Below, in pieces: positions 19,501-28,040 of a stretch of 64,000 nucleotides of DNA (the stretch's first letter is position 1; each line of letters starts with the position of its first letter). The translations under genes and the position numbers were made by a program. The DNA comes from Bacteroidetes bacterium UBA7692 (GTDB taxonomy: Bacteria > Bacteroidota > Bacteroidia > Chitinophagales > LD1), in contig DLGO01000038.1 of the NCBI GenBank assembly GCA_002482725.1, positions 16,310-80,309 of the forward strand, given 5' to 3'. A model generated the notes under the pieces. The model had not been told where the DNA came from. It saw only the letters and a list, made by a program, of their open reading frames with translations, and did not search any database.

Positions 19501-20547
19501 GGCTGTAAGGCATTTGATTCGGCCTATATATTTATAGATACCTGTGTATGGCCTGGTGATGCCAACTATGATGGGGTCGTGAGCGCTGATGATGTGTTGA
19601 ATATAGGTGTGGCCTATGGCGATACGGGCTATTGGAGAGGCACAAATATAAATTGGTTTGGCTTCAGGTCCAGGGATTGGGAGCGCCATTTTGCAGATGG
19701 CCTGGACCATGAGCATGCAGACTGTAATGGTGATGCAATAATCAATCATGATGATACAATTGCGGTAACTGTAAACTATAGCAAGACACATGCACGGGGT
19801 GGATGGGTAAATGGAGACAGAATGGTTGACCCTGTACTGACTACAACATTCAGTGCGGATACCACATACGCAGGGCAGGGGTTGACAGCGCAAGTACAAT
19901 TGGGTACAAGCACTTTGCCGGCTACCGATGTTTTCGGTATAGCATTCAGGATGAACTTCCCTCCCGGAAAGGTAGACACATTCCTTGGGCTTGATTTTAC
20001 CGGTAACTGGCTGACTGCAGGCAATGCAAATGCTATTTATTTCCGTAAACTCAATATGTCACAAGGATTTGTAGATATATGTGTGGTACGTACCGATGGC
20101 ACGAACCGTACAGGTTTCGGACTTTTGGCAAATGCCAGCTTTGTAATGAAGGATGATATCACCGGAAAGAATGACAACAGAACATTCTCAACCTTTGAAA
20201 TAACCTACAGCAATGTAAAAATGATATCTGCGAATGAAGATGTGCTATCGGTATTTGCAGAAGACAAAGAAACTATGCTGGCACAGTTTCCTAATGGAAT
20301 AGGCCAGGTGGATGAGATAAAAGCAACGGTGTACCCTAACCCGGTACACCAAACTATGCTGCTGGTGGCAGATGGTATGCTACAGCAGGTGGAAGTGGTA
20401 AATGGTTTGGGTAGCAATTTGAATGTACCGGTTGAGCTAAAAGGCAATACTGCAAACGTTGATGCCTCGGGGCTGACAGCCGGAGTGTACTACCTGCACC
20501 TGACCACAGCTAATGGAAAAGCTGTGAAGCGTATAGTGAAGTATTAA
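16561..20547 (+). CDS. T9SS type A cargo: SprB-repeat surface protein with dockerin-like and cohesin-like modules (paralog 1)
   Basis: 1328 aa. Modules in order:
- signal peptide
- Ig-like module (GITLLSPNGGE)
- cadherin/Big-like module (FTYTPNSGYVGYDSF)
- about 10 SprB-type repeats (C.G.DGSI...G.GAP(F/Y)TY.WSNG..T..I.GL..G.Y.VTVT...GC)
- dockerin-like loops GDANYDGVVSADD and DCNGDAIINHDD
- a beta-rich cohesin-like module
- sorting domain VYPNPV...GVYYLHLTTANGKAVKRIVKY. Confidence 0.88.
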   Translation: MKPIYFKILFMLLLGIATVQSRAGITLLSPNGGEVFHNQVIVRWSANGATNSINIYLSTDDGSTYTPELLGYSITPNDTGSITLNSLNSSRRSNRCFIRIEDASAPASFDASNDSFAVQVNYAPQAYDSLVTPMNVPIAYAPDVYDNDTDDKHVITTSSNPPNGTVIALSDSTFTYTPNSGYVGYDSFSVRICDDGTPSLCGNGFVRIYVGCDQLEVNPGANATICSTSGYLLGGNPTASGGTAPYSYQWSAYTILDNAYSANPVITSNYSGTRVVLLRVTDANGCLADTIVRITGGSSGNLIIQNGIINTGCLGNTGSIDIGVSGGGTYTYSWSNGTTTEDVSGLQAGTYIVSVSDGSTCISTKSFIVGQDTAAFVINQDNLQNAGCLGNDGSIRVIVSGPGAPFTYAWSNVATTNEVTGLSSGTYTVTVTNSSGCSLIRSFGIGSSSASFSLQDTIFPANCGSNNGEIDLIVTGPGAPFTYLWSNGSTGSGINSLSAGLYFVTVLDNAGCSLRDSFDVTSSPVFSIVTDFKNDESCAGNDGVIDVSVFGAGAPFTYAWSIGATTDDIAGLDSGQYSLIVTNSFGCTATEYYHIAPSSTVLHITRDSIVKYTCGVPAGGFLAVSASGGTAPYTYLWNNGVSPDNEISGLPGGVYTVYAVDAMGCSASYSDTIIEVQSLSLSAIVTNIGCNSLGAIDLSVGGTAGPYTYEWSNVYTTEDLVAISLAGNYSVTVTNGSGCSAVQTYPIANVSSSLHVSIKGDSVLCANQQTILYAYVTGDTTSYAIDWQYPGMPANDTSANILVKANPGNSIAYILTVTDITGCSKSDTMVVRSTTDSITVVIDSIQAQGCPNPLGSIFISANSAALPLTYEWVNAPLPTFTEDLLSVQANTYYLNVKNASGCVHQDMITVPRGIESYIDNGDTTFCNIDTVRLRTFTSQGIAPYTYKWASSNPAYNSTDEVLKAYGGETGFVVVEVTDSKGCKAFDSAYIFIDTCVWPGDANYDGVVSADDVLNIGVAYGDTGYWRGTNINWFGFRSRDWERHFADGLDHEHADCNGDAIINHDDTIAVTVNYSKTHARGGWVNGDRMVDPVLTTTFSADTTYAGQGLTAQVQLGTSTLPATDVFGIAFRMNFPPGKVDTFLGLDFTGNWLTAGNANAIYFRKLNMSQGFVDICVVRTDGTNRTGFGLLANASFVMKDDITGKNDNRTFSTFEITYSNVKMISANEDVLSVFAEDKETMLAQFPNGIGQVDEIKATVYPNPVHQTMLLVADGMLQQVEVVNGLGSNLNVPVELKGNTANVDASGLTAGVYYLHLTTANGKAVKRIVKY

Positions 20548-20570
20548 ACCGGATTTTGGTATTATTTCTG

Positions 20571-20603
20571 AAAGGGGAATTGACTATGTCAATTCCCCTT
20601 TTT
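20571..20603 (+). terminator. rho-independent terminator
   Basis: Stem GGGGAATTGAC tat GTCAATTCCCC followed by TTTTT. Confidence 0.8.
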
Positions 20604-20751
20604 ATTTAAATGATAAGGGTGAATTTAATTGAATCATTTTTATATGATTTAATTGATTGTAAAACATTGATAATTAGTAATTTATAAATTTCTTATGTTA
20701 TTTAGTACTCCAAAATTATAAAAATCTGTACCTTTATTAGAGCAGGAAAGG

Positions 20752-20779
20752 AAATATGTTTACATCGTCAAATAATGCA
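20752..20779 (+). promoter_or_regulatory. conserved upstream box, copy 2
   Basis: AAATATGTTTACATCGTCAAATAATGCA, ending 31 nt before the ATG at 20811. Confidence 0.55.
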
Positions 20780-20810
20780 ATTTTATATCAGTAATCTAAA
20801 AATCAGTTTT

Positions 20811-23800
20811 ATGAAATCAATTTTTTCCAAAATGGCATTACTGCTTGTATGCAGCTTGTTTTTGCTTCAGGCAAGGGCGGGCATTACCATACTATCGCCA
20901 AATGGTGGCGAACTGCTACAGTCATGGGTGCCGATAACAGTAACATTCAATGTCAGCGGCTCTACATCGGCGGTTAATATCTATTTTTCAGAAAATGGGG
21001 GCTATACATATAAGGTTTCTAAATTGAATGCCGTTGTAAATCCTAATTCGGTTAACTCAATTCAGGTAAACACTCAATTCTCCGCATTCCCTCAATATGT
21101 TATTAAGGTAGAGGATGCCGCTGCTGCCACGGACTTTGACGTAACTGACAAGTTTATTTTTGTAACTCCGAATTTGGATATATATGCTTTTGACAGTGTA
21201 ACTACATCAATGAATACCCCAATTACATTCTCATCCAGCATTTTTAGCACGGTATCAGAAAACCATAATTTCATCAATCATTCCGGTTTGCAGCATGGAA
21301 CTTTGGTGTTGTCGGGGGATTCTACTTTTACATATACGCCAAACCCTGGTTTTGTTGGTTTAGATACGCTCAATTATTACATAACCAACGATCAGACTCC
21401 GGTAGGATATGGTGTAGGATTTGCCAGGATATATGTGGCATGTAGCATAAGTGCAGATGCAGGAACCGATGTAGTCAGCTGTAATCCGGGGAGCATTGCC
21501 CTGGGTGGCAGCACTGTTGCTTCCGGTGGTACTGCGCCGTATCGATATTTGTGGCAATCGCCCAACATTAGCCTAAGTGATTATTCGGTTGCTAACCCAA
21601 CAATTACCGGTGCGTTGACAGGCACGGCGAATTTTTCTTTGATTGTTAGAGATGCAAATGGCTGTGAGGCAACTGATGATGTCCTGATTTCTAAAAGCAT
21701 GGCACAGTTTACTATTGTTACCGATAATGTAGCTAATGAAACGTGTAATTCCGGCAATGGATCCATTGAGCTGAGCATAACGGGTAATGGAGCTCCTTTT
21801 ACCTTTAGCTGGACGGGCAGTACTGCGGTTACAGAGGATCTGACGCCTGTGAGTGCCGGCACCTATTCGGTAACTGTAACAGATGCCGGAGGCTGTACTT
21901 TATCACAGAACTTTACGGTTAGTAGCACAGGAACTCCTGCGTTTACAATTGTGCAGGATTCTGTAGGTGATGAGATATGTGGCAATGCTGCATCCGGGTT
22001 TATAGATATAAGTATATCGGGTGCAGGTGCGCCATTTAGTTATGCGTGGGCAGGAGGTGTGTCCACACAGGATTGGAATGGGTTGGTTGCCGGTACTTAT
22101 AATGTAACAGTAACCAGTGCCTCGGGCTGTATGGTATCTGCAAGTTTTGTAGTAGGATATCGGACAGGGATGTTTGTGAACGGTATAGTTACTGGCATTG
22201 GGTGCAGTGCTACAGGAGGGATTGACTTGACGGTAAATGGAGGTAGTCCACCTTTTACTTACCTGTGGAGCAATGCTCAAACTGCCGATGATGTACAAGG
22301 TGTAAATATTCCCGGCACTTATATAGTCACGGTGACGGATAACAATAGTTGTACAGAGGTGCGCTCCTACTCAATAACGAAGTTGCCCAACGCACTGGGC
22401 GTATCTATACCTGCGGATACCTTGCTATGCGCAGGCGATTCTGTTCCTTTATACCTAACTTCCCTATTGGGTGGCGTATGGCCATATACCGTGGAATGGA
22501 CGGCCAATGGAGTAGCTTTGCCGGATACCACTGGCTTTTGGGCAAAGCCTGTGGTGAATACTGAGTACATAGTTAATGTGACAGACTTTAGCGGATGCAC
22601 GGGGACGGATACCGTAGAGGTAAATGTAAGCAGCGATTTTATAACATTTCAGCTTGATTCTATTGTTTCAGCCGGTTGCCCTGCCCTATATGGTGACATA
22701 TACATTACTACAAGTAGCACAGCATTGCCGCTTACTTATGTATGGAATGATGGTGTGACGACCGAGGATAATACCTCCGCGCTTGCAGGAGTACATACGG
22801 TTAAAATAAGGAATGCAAGCGGATGCTGGTTAGAGGAATCATTTAATGTGCCATATCCTGTGCAGGCAAAAATAAATGATGGAATGGATACCACTTTTTG
22901 TAGTCTGGATAGCGTGAAGCTATATCCATACATGTCGGGTGGTACCAAGCCGTATACTTTTACAATGTATTCCAGTCTGGGTCTTGTATCCGGTGATACC
23001 ATTGTAACTGTTAAGCAGGCTTCAACTGCCAATTACAGGCTGCTGGTTACTGATGCAAAGGGCTGCACGGCTGCCGATACTGTGGTGATAGCTATAGATA
23101 CATGTGTGTGGCCAGGCGATGCCAATTATGATGGCCTGGTAAGCTCAGACGATGTGCTCAATTTAGGGTTGGCATATGGTGCCACAGGAACAACGAGATT
23201 TGGATTTATGAATTGGGGCAGGTATGTATCGAAGGATTGGGAAGCGTTTTTTGCGGATGGCCTTGATTATGAGCATGCAGACTGTAATGGAAATGGCATA
23301 ATAAATCACGACGATACATTGGCGGTTACAAATAACTATAGCCTTACACATGCCAGAGGTGGCTGGGTAAATGGTGATAGATTTGCAGACCCTAAATTGT
23401 TCACTACGTTTGCGGCAGACACAGTGTATGCAGGCGATGTGCTTAGAGCTAGAATTCAACTGGGAGAGAGTACCCTGCCTGCTACAGATGTGTTTGGTAT
23501 TTCATTCAGGATGCACTTTCCTCCTGGCAAGGTAGAAGAGTTCCGTGGATTGGATTTTACCGGTAACTGGATAACATCCGGCAACAACAATCCCATATAC
23601 TTCCGTAAGGTAAATCTTGCTCAGGGATTTGCAGATATATGCGTGGTGCGCACGGATAATACGGATAAAACAGGATTCGGCTTGGTTGCCAATGCTGATT
23701 TTGTAATGAAAGAGGATATAACCGGTAAGAGCGATAACAGGACATTCTCGACCTTTGAAGTATCATACAGTAATGTGAAAATGATTTCTGCAAATGAGGC

Positions 23801-24107
23801 GGCGTTGCCTGTGTTTGCAGATGAGAATGAGGCCGTGTTAGCACAGTTCCCTAACGGGTTAAAAGATGTAAATGAGGCGCAGGCTACAGTGTACCCTAAC
23901 CCTGTGTACCACACTATGGTGTTGTTAGCGGATGGTGTGCTGAAGGAGGTATTGCTGATAAACAGCATGGGAGAAAACAATACTGTACCTATGCAAATAA
24001 ATGGCAATGCTGCCAATATTGATGCCTCCGGATTGTCTGCGGGCGTTTATTACTTGCACCTGACAACAACCAATGGTAAAGCTGTGAGGCGTATAGTGAA
24101 GTATTGA
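20811..24107 (+). CDS. T9SS type A cargo: SprB-repeat / dockerin-like / cohesin-like surface protein (paralog 2)
   Basis: The start is taken at MKSIFSKMALLLVCSLFLLQARA, a signal peptide inside track ORF 20775-24107. The architecture matches paralog 1 with about 7 SprB-type repeats. Its C-terminal third aligns with paralog 1 almost without gaps. Confidence 0.88.
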   Translation: MKSIFSKMALLLVCSLFLLQARAGITILSPNGGELLQSWVPITVTFNVSGSTSAVNIYFSENGGYTYKVSKLNAVVNPNSVNSIQVNTQFSAFPQYVIKVEDAAAATDFDVTDKFIFVTPNLDIYAFDSVTTSMNTPITFSSSIFSTVSENHNFINHSGLQHGTLVLSGDSTFTYTPNPGFVGLDTLNYYITNDQTPVGYGVGFARIYVACSISADAGTDVVSCNPGSIALGGSTVASGGTAPYRYLWQSPNISLSDYSVANPTITGALTGTANFSLIVRDANGCEATDDVLISKSMAQFTIVTDNVANETCNSGNGSIELSITGNGAPFTFSWTGSTAVTEDLTPVSAGTYSVTVTDAGGCTLSQNFTVSSTGTPAFTIVQDSVGDEICGNAASGFIDISISGAGAPFSYAWAGGVSTQDWNGLVAGTYNVTVTSASGCMVSASFVVGYRTGMFVNGIVTGIGCSATGGIDLTVNGGSPPFTYLWSNAQTADDVQGVNIPGTYIVTVTDNNSCTEVRSYSITKLPNALGVSIPADTLLCAGDSVPLYLTSLLGGVWPYTVEWTANGVALPDTTGFWAKPVVNTEYIVNVTDFSGCTGTDTVEVNVSSDFITFQLDSIVSAGCPALYGDIYITTSSTALPLTYVWNDGVTTEDNTSALAGVHTVKIRNASGCWLEESFNVPYPVQAKINDGMDTTFCSLDSVKLYPYMSGGTKPYTFTMYSSLGLVSGDTIVTVKQASTANYRLLVTDAKGCTAADTVVIAIDTCVWPGDANYDGLVSSDDVLNLGLAYGATGTTRFGFMNWGRYVSKDWEAFFADGLDYEHADCNGNGIINHDDTLAVTNNYSLTHARGGWVNGDRFADPKLFTTFAADTVYAGDVLRARIQLGESTLPATDVFGISFRMHFPPGKVEEFRGLDFTGNWITSGNNNPIYFRKVNLAQGFADICVVRTDNTDKTGFGLVANADFVMKEDITGKSDNRTFSTFEVSYSNVKMISANEAALPVFADENEAVLAQFPNGLKDVNEAQATVYPNPVYHTMVLLADGVLKEVLLINSMGENNTVPMQINGNAANIDASGLSAGVYYLHLTTTNGKAVRRIVKY

Positions 24108-24135
24108 AAGTAATTTTTTGAAAGAGTATTAGAGA

Positions 24136-24170
24136 AGGAAAGTCTGACAGCGTCAGTCTTTCCTTTTTTT
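24136..24170 (+). terminator. rho-independent terminator
   Basis: AAGGAAAGTCTGAC agc GTCAGTCTTTCCTT (one mismatch) followed by TTTTTT. Confidence 0.7.
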
Positions 24171-24327
24171 ATTTGATGGAACATCATAGTGTTATTGTAA
24201 TTTATATCCCATTTTATTTTAGAAGTATAGATTTTAAGTAATTGTATATGAATTATTTAGTCTGATTTATACTTTTTTATTTATTCCATTATTATTAAAA
24301 TATGCACTGATGACTCAATCTGTATTG

Positions 24328-24355
24328 AGATATGTTTACATCGTGAAATATTGTC
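24328..24355 (+). promoter_or_regulatory. conserved upstream box, copy 3
   Basis: AGATATGTTTACATCGTGAAATATTGTC, ending 40 nt before the ATG at 24396. Confidence 0.5.
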
Positions 24356-24395
24356 TAAAACAGGATAAGGAATGATTAATTTTAATTTCAGATAT

Positions 24396-27173
24396 ATGAA
24401 ACCACTTTTTCTTAAAGCTATTTGCTCACTTGTATTTGCTTTTATGGTGTTGCAGAATGTAGCGGCCAATACCGCACCATCAGCCTTTGGCGATAGCTTG
24501 AATACAACCAAGAATACCGCGCTTACATTTAAGCCATCCTTTGGTGATGCAGATTTGATAGATGATCATATAGCGACTGCGGTTACAAACCCGGTAAATG
24601 GTGCAATAGCTAAGGTGGATGATACCACTTTTCTTTACACGCCGAATAATAACTATGTAGGGTTGGACACCTTTACCTATAGTATTTGCGACAATGGATC
24701 GCCGGTATTATGCAGCCAGGGTTTTGTGCGGATATATGTAGGTTGTGAGGAGCTGATAGTTAATGGAGGAAAGGACTCTACTGTGTGTGGTACAGCATCA
24801 ATTGTTTTGGGAGGCAACCCCACTGCAGCAGGTGGCAGCGCACCATATACATACAATTGGCAATCTACAATTGGCATATCTCCTGTAGCCAACCCGGTGA
24901 TCAATCCTTCGGGTTCCTTTCATGTATTCCTGTATGTTATGGATGCCAACGGGTGCATCGGTCAAGATGATTTTCAGGTGACTACCAGTGCGGCAGGTTT
25001 TTTTGTGGTGCGGGATAGTGTAAGAAATACTACCTGTGCGGGAAATGATGGGTATATACAAATATCGGTGACGGGAACCGGTGCGCCATTTTCCTATGCG
25101 TGGACCATGGGTGCAACAACTGAAGATATTACGGGTCTTGTAGCCGGAGCTTATACTGTAACGGTGACAGAGAACTCAGGCTTGTGTAAAGTGACACGCA
25201 GCTTTACGTTAACTCCGCTTACTATACAAACAATTGCTATACGCGATACTACTTGTGCTGCTACAGGTAGCATTGATATAAATGTTGTTGGTGGAGGTTT
25301 TGGATATAGCTACCTCTGGAGCAATGCGACCATAACACAGGATATAAATAGCCTGAGCGCCGGCACCTATTCGCTAACAGTAACAGATGCTGATAACTGC
25401 ACGGCAACGCAGTCTTATACGATAAGCAATGCGGTAAATTCGGTCTTAGCCAATGCAGGCAAGGATACAGCGCTTTGTTCGGGTTCTTCTTTGATACTAG
25501 GGGGAAGTGCTACTGCAATAGGTGGGACGGGACCATACACCTACAGGTGGAGTGGCGTAAATGTAACTGATACGGCTTTAGCGAATCCTGTTGTGGCAGC
25601 GGTTGCAGACAAATCTTACTACCTGACTGTAACAGATGCCAATGGATGTACAAACCTGGATACTATAGTAGTGAATACAAGTAACCAGGATATAAATATT
25701 GTTACCGATTCGGTGGTAAGTACCTGTGTTACGGGCGTTGGGGGAATATACATAACGGCGAGCAGCGGTAGCACTCCGCTTAGCTATGCATGGAGCAATG
25801 CCGCTACTACAGATGATATAGCGGGTCTGGCTGCAGGTACATATACGATAACCGTAACGAATGCTGCAACATGTACTAAAACGCAAGGGTTTAGTATTCA
25901 AAACTCTATACTGGACGTGAAGATAGGTATGGGAAACAGGGACACTTCATTTTGCTACCTGGATACATTCAGGCTGCAGGCTGTGATACTGATGGCAGGC
26001 TCTGCACCATACATTTACGATTGGACCTCATCCAATGCGGGATTTAGTTTTAATGATACTTTGCTGCAGAGAAGAGAAAAGTTTAATACCACTTTCTATC
26101 TGAAGGTTACGGATAGCAAAGGCTGCTTTGATGTAGATACTATGCTCGTAAGGGCTGACACTTGCGTATGGCCAGGCGATGCAAACTATGATGGCGCGGT
26201 GCTGATGGATGATGTGCTGCAATTGGGCGTGGCTTTTGACTCAACCGGCTTTGGCAGGCAGCAGGCCTCCAATACATTTATTTCACAGGTTTCGGAAAAC
26301 TGGAACAGGCAATTTGCCGGTGGGTTGAACTACGAGCATGCAGACTGCGATGGAAATGCAGTGGTGAATCATGATGATACATTGGCTATATCGCTGAACT
26401 ATTCCCGAACGCACTCCCGTGGAGGGGCATGGGTAAATGGTAACAAGCTGACCGATCCTATGCTGTTTACAAAGTTCAACGATGATACAATTGCGGCTAG
26501 TAGCAAACTAACGGCTGCAATACAACTGGGCAATATTGATATACCGGCAACAGGTATGCTGGGCATATCTTTCAGGATGCACTTTCCGGTAAATAAGGTA
26601 GATACTTTTCTGGGGTTGGACTTCAGCGGCAACTGGTTTGTGGCAGGCAACAGCAATCCTATTTTCTTTCGTAAGCTGAATTTCACTCAAGGGTATATAG
26701 ATGTATGTGCAGTGCGTACAAATCACAGCAACAATACAGGATTTGGCCTGGTGGCCAATGCAGATTTTGTAATGAAAGATGATATAACAGGAAAGGACAA
26801 CATTGCAGTATATTCTTCTTTCCCAATTACCTATACTGATGTGAAAATGATTTCTGCAACAGAAGATTCATTGCCTGTATATGCTGAAGAAAATGCCACG
26901 GTGCTGGTGCAGCTGGTAGATGGAATAAAAGATATAAATGAGATAAACGCTACGGTATACCCTAACCCTGTGCACCAGACCATGCTACTGATAGCAGATG
27001 GTGTGCTGAAGGAAATACTGCTGATGAACAGCATGGGTGAAAGCATTATGGCACCAATGCAGATAAATGGCAATAGCGCTAATATAGATGCCGCAGACCT
27101 GGCAGCAGGTGTGTACTACCTGCACCTAACTACTGCCAATGGCAAGGCGGTGAAGCGCATAGTGAAATACTAA
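24396..27173 (+). CDS. T9SS type A cargo: SprB-repeat / dockerin-like / cohesin-like surface protein (paralog 3)
   Basis: The start is taken at MKPLFLKAICSLVFAFMVLQNVAA. It lacks the N-terminal Ig-like module and has about 6 SprB-type repeats. The dockerin-like, cohesin-like and sorting-domain tail is conserved (GVYYLHLTTANGKAVKRIVKY). Confidence 0.88.
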   Translation: MKPLFLKAICSLVFAFMVLQNVAANTAPSAFGDSLNTTKNTALTFKPSFGDADLIDDHIATAVTNPVNGAIAKVDDTTFLYTPNNNYVGLDTFTYSICDNGSPVLCSQGFVRIYVGCEELIVNGGKDSTVCGTASIVLGGNPTAAGGSAPYTYNWQSTIGISPVANPVINPSGSFHVFLYVMDANGCIGQDDFQVTTSAAGFFVVRDSVRNTTCAGNDGYIQISVTGTGAPFSYAWTMGATTEDITGLVAGAYTVTVTENSGLCKVTRSFTLTPLTIQTIAIRDTTCAATGSIDINVVGGGFGYSYLWSNATITQDINSLSAGTYSLTVTDADNCTATQSYTISNAVNSVLANAGKDTALCSGSSLILGGSATAIGGTGPYTYRWSGVNVTDTALANPVVAAVADKSYYLTVTDANGCTNLDTIVVNTSNQDINIVTDSVVSTCVTGVGGIYITASSGSTPLSYAWSNAATTDDIAGLAAGTYTITVTNAATCTKTQGFSIQNSILDVKIGMGNRDTSFCYLDTFRLQAVILMAGSAPYIYDWTSSNAGFSFNDTLLQRREKFNTTFYLKVTDSKGCFDVDTMLVRADTCVWPGDANYDGAVLMDDVLQLGVAFDSTGFGRQQASNTFISQVSENWNRQFAGGLNYEHADCDGNAVVNHDDTLAISLNYSRTHSRGGAWVNGNKLTDPMLFTKFNDDTIAASSKLTAAIQLGNIDIPATGMLGISFRMHFPVNKVDTFLGLDFSGNWFVAGNSNPIFFRKLNFTQGYIDVCAVRTNHSNNTGFGLVANADFVMKDDITGKDNIAVYSSFPITYTDVKMISATEDSLPVYAEENATVLVQLVDGIKDINEINATVYPNPVHQTMLLIADGVLKEILLMNSMGESIMAPMQINGNSANIDAADLAAGVYYLHLTTANGKAVKRIVKY

Positions 27174-27199
27174 GCGGCTAGATTAATACGGCTAAAAGC

Positions 27200-27232
27200 A
27201 AAAAGGGGATTGACATTGTCAATCCCCTTTTG
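27200..27232. terminator. bidirectional rho-independent terminator
   Basis: Stem GGGGATTGAC att GTCAATCCCC with an A-run before and a T-run after. It is sequence-related to the terminator at 20571-20603. Confidence 0.8.
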
Positions 27233-27253
27233 CTTTATAATGATATGCTGCAA

Positions 27254-27856
27254 TTAAAGATCGTCCAGTACTTCTGCCTTGGCTTTTTTGGTAGCAGGTT
27301 TCTCCAGGCGGTATATGATGCGCTTGTGGGTGTTTTCTATATAGCTTTTATCGTTGAAGATACGCGCCATCATAATGCTGCCCTCTACTTCGGCTACGCT
27401 ACGCTCAGCTAATTCACTGGCTATGTTTTCGGCGTATTTGTCCTGATAAATGAATTTAAGCGCATCGAAAAAATCCTGGAAAAACTGGCGGATGATAGGA
27501 TTGAACTGAGGCACTACGAGTGCGCTCTCTATACCCATGTTGCCATATAGCTTGCCTGTTTTGGCATCGAAGAAAACTTTCTCTGATTCTGCCGCCAGGT
27601 TTTTTAGCCTTTGTACTGCAGGAATATTCTCTTTGTAAGCCTGTGCAAATATGTGGGTGCGGAAGTGCTCGTGTACGTATTTAATAACGGTCTCCATCAG
27701 CTGTTCCTTGCCACTGAAGTAGTGGTAGATACTGCCCTTAAGAATACCGCATGCGCGCGCGATGTCTGCCATGGATATATCGTTGTAGCTTTTCTGGCGA
27801 AAGAGCTTCAGCGACTGTACTATGATTGCCTGTTCATCAACCTTTTGTTTGGGCAT
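27254..27856 (-). CDS. TetR/AcrR family transcriptional regulator
   Basis: The start is taken at MPKQKVDEQAII. The N-terminal HTH reads ISMADIARACGILKGSIYHYFSGKEQL. Confidence 0.85.
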   Translation of the reverse strand: MPKQKVDEQAIIVQSLKLFRQKSYNDISMADIARACGILKGSIYHYFSGKEQLMETVIKYVHEHFRTHIFAQAYKENIPAVQRLKNLAAESEKVFFDAKTGKLYGNMGIESALVVPQFNPIIRQFFQDFFDALKFIYQDKYAENIASELAERSVAEVEGSIMMARIFNDKSYIENTHKRIIYRLEKPATKKAKAEVLDDL

Positions 27857-28040
27857 TGCGCTTTTATTTTCAGTGCTTAAATGTAAGTGCAAATATATTT
27901 TTACCAAACGATAGTTCGATAAAAAATATGTTATGGCTTATGCACATCGAAAAATGGCCGGAATGCGGATACGGGGCGGGATCATTACATTTGTAGGGCA
28001 TGGCGGCAAATTGCCGTTTTTGCGAACTAAACAGAGCAGC

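Noticed and set aside
20775-24395. Upstream alternative starts reported by the ORF track for paralogs 2 and 3 (20775, 24372), the GTG at 11470, the GTG at 36994 and the TTG at 45459.
   Set aside because: Downstream ATGs give canonical signal peptides or family-typical N-termini. The extensions overlap the conserved upstream box, the leader or promoter-like boxes.
27857-28040. A possible SAM riboswitch or attenuator in the leader of the transsulfuration gene. A CGGCA-aat-TGCCG hairpin plus TTTTT lies at about 28004-28021. The track ORF start at 27933 was also considered.
   Set aside because: I could not match the S-box or SAM-II conserved cores by eye, and the hairpin is only 5 bp. The region is also the divergent TetR control region. 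The 36-aa extension (MAYAHRKMAGMRIRGG...) has no counterpart in this enzyme family. A covariance-model scan (Rfam) would settle it.
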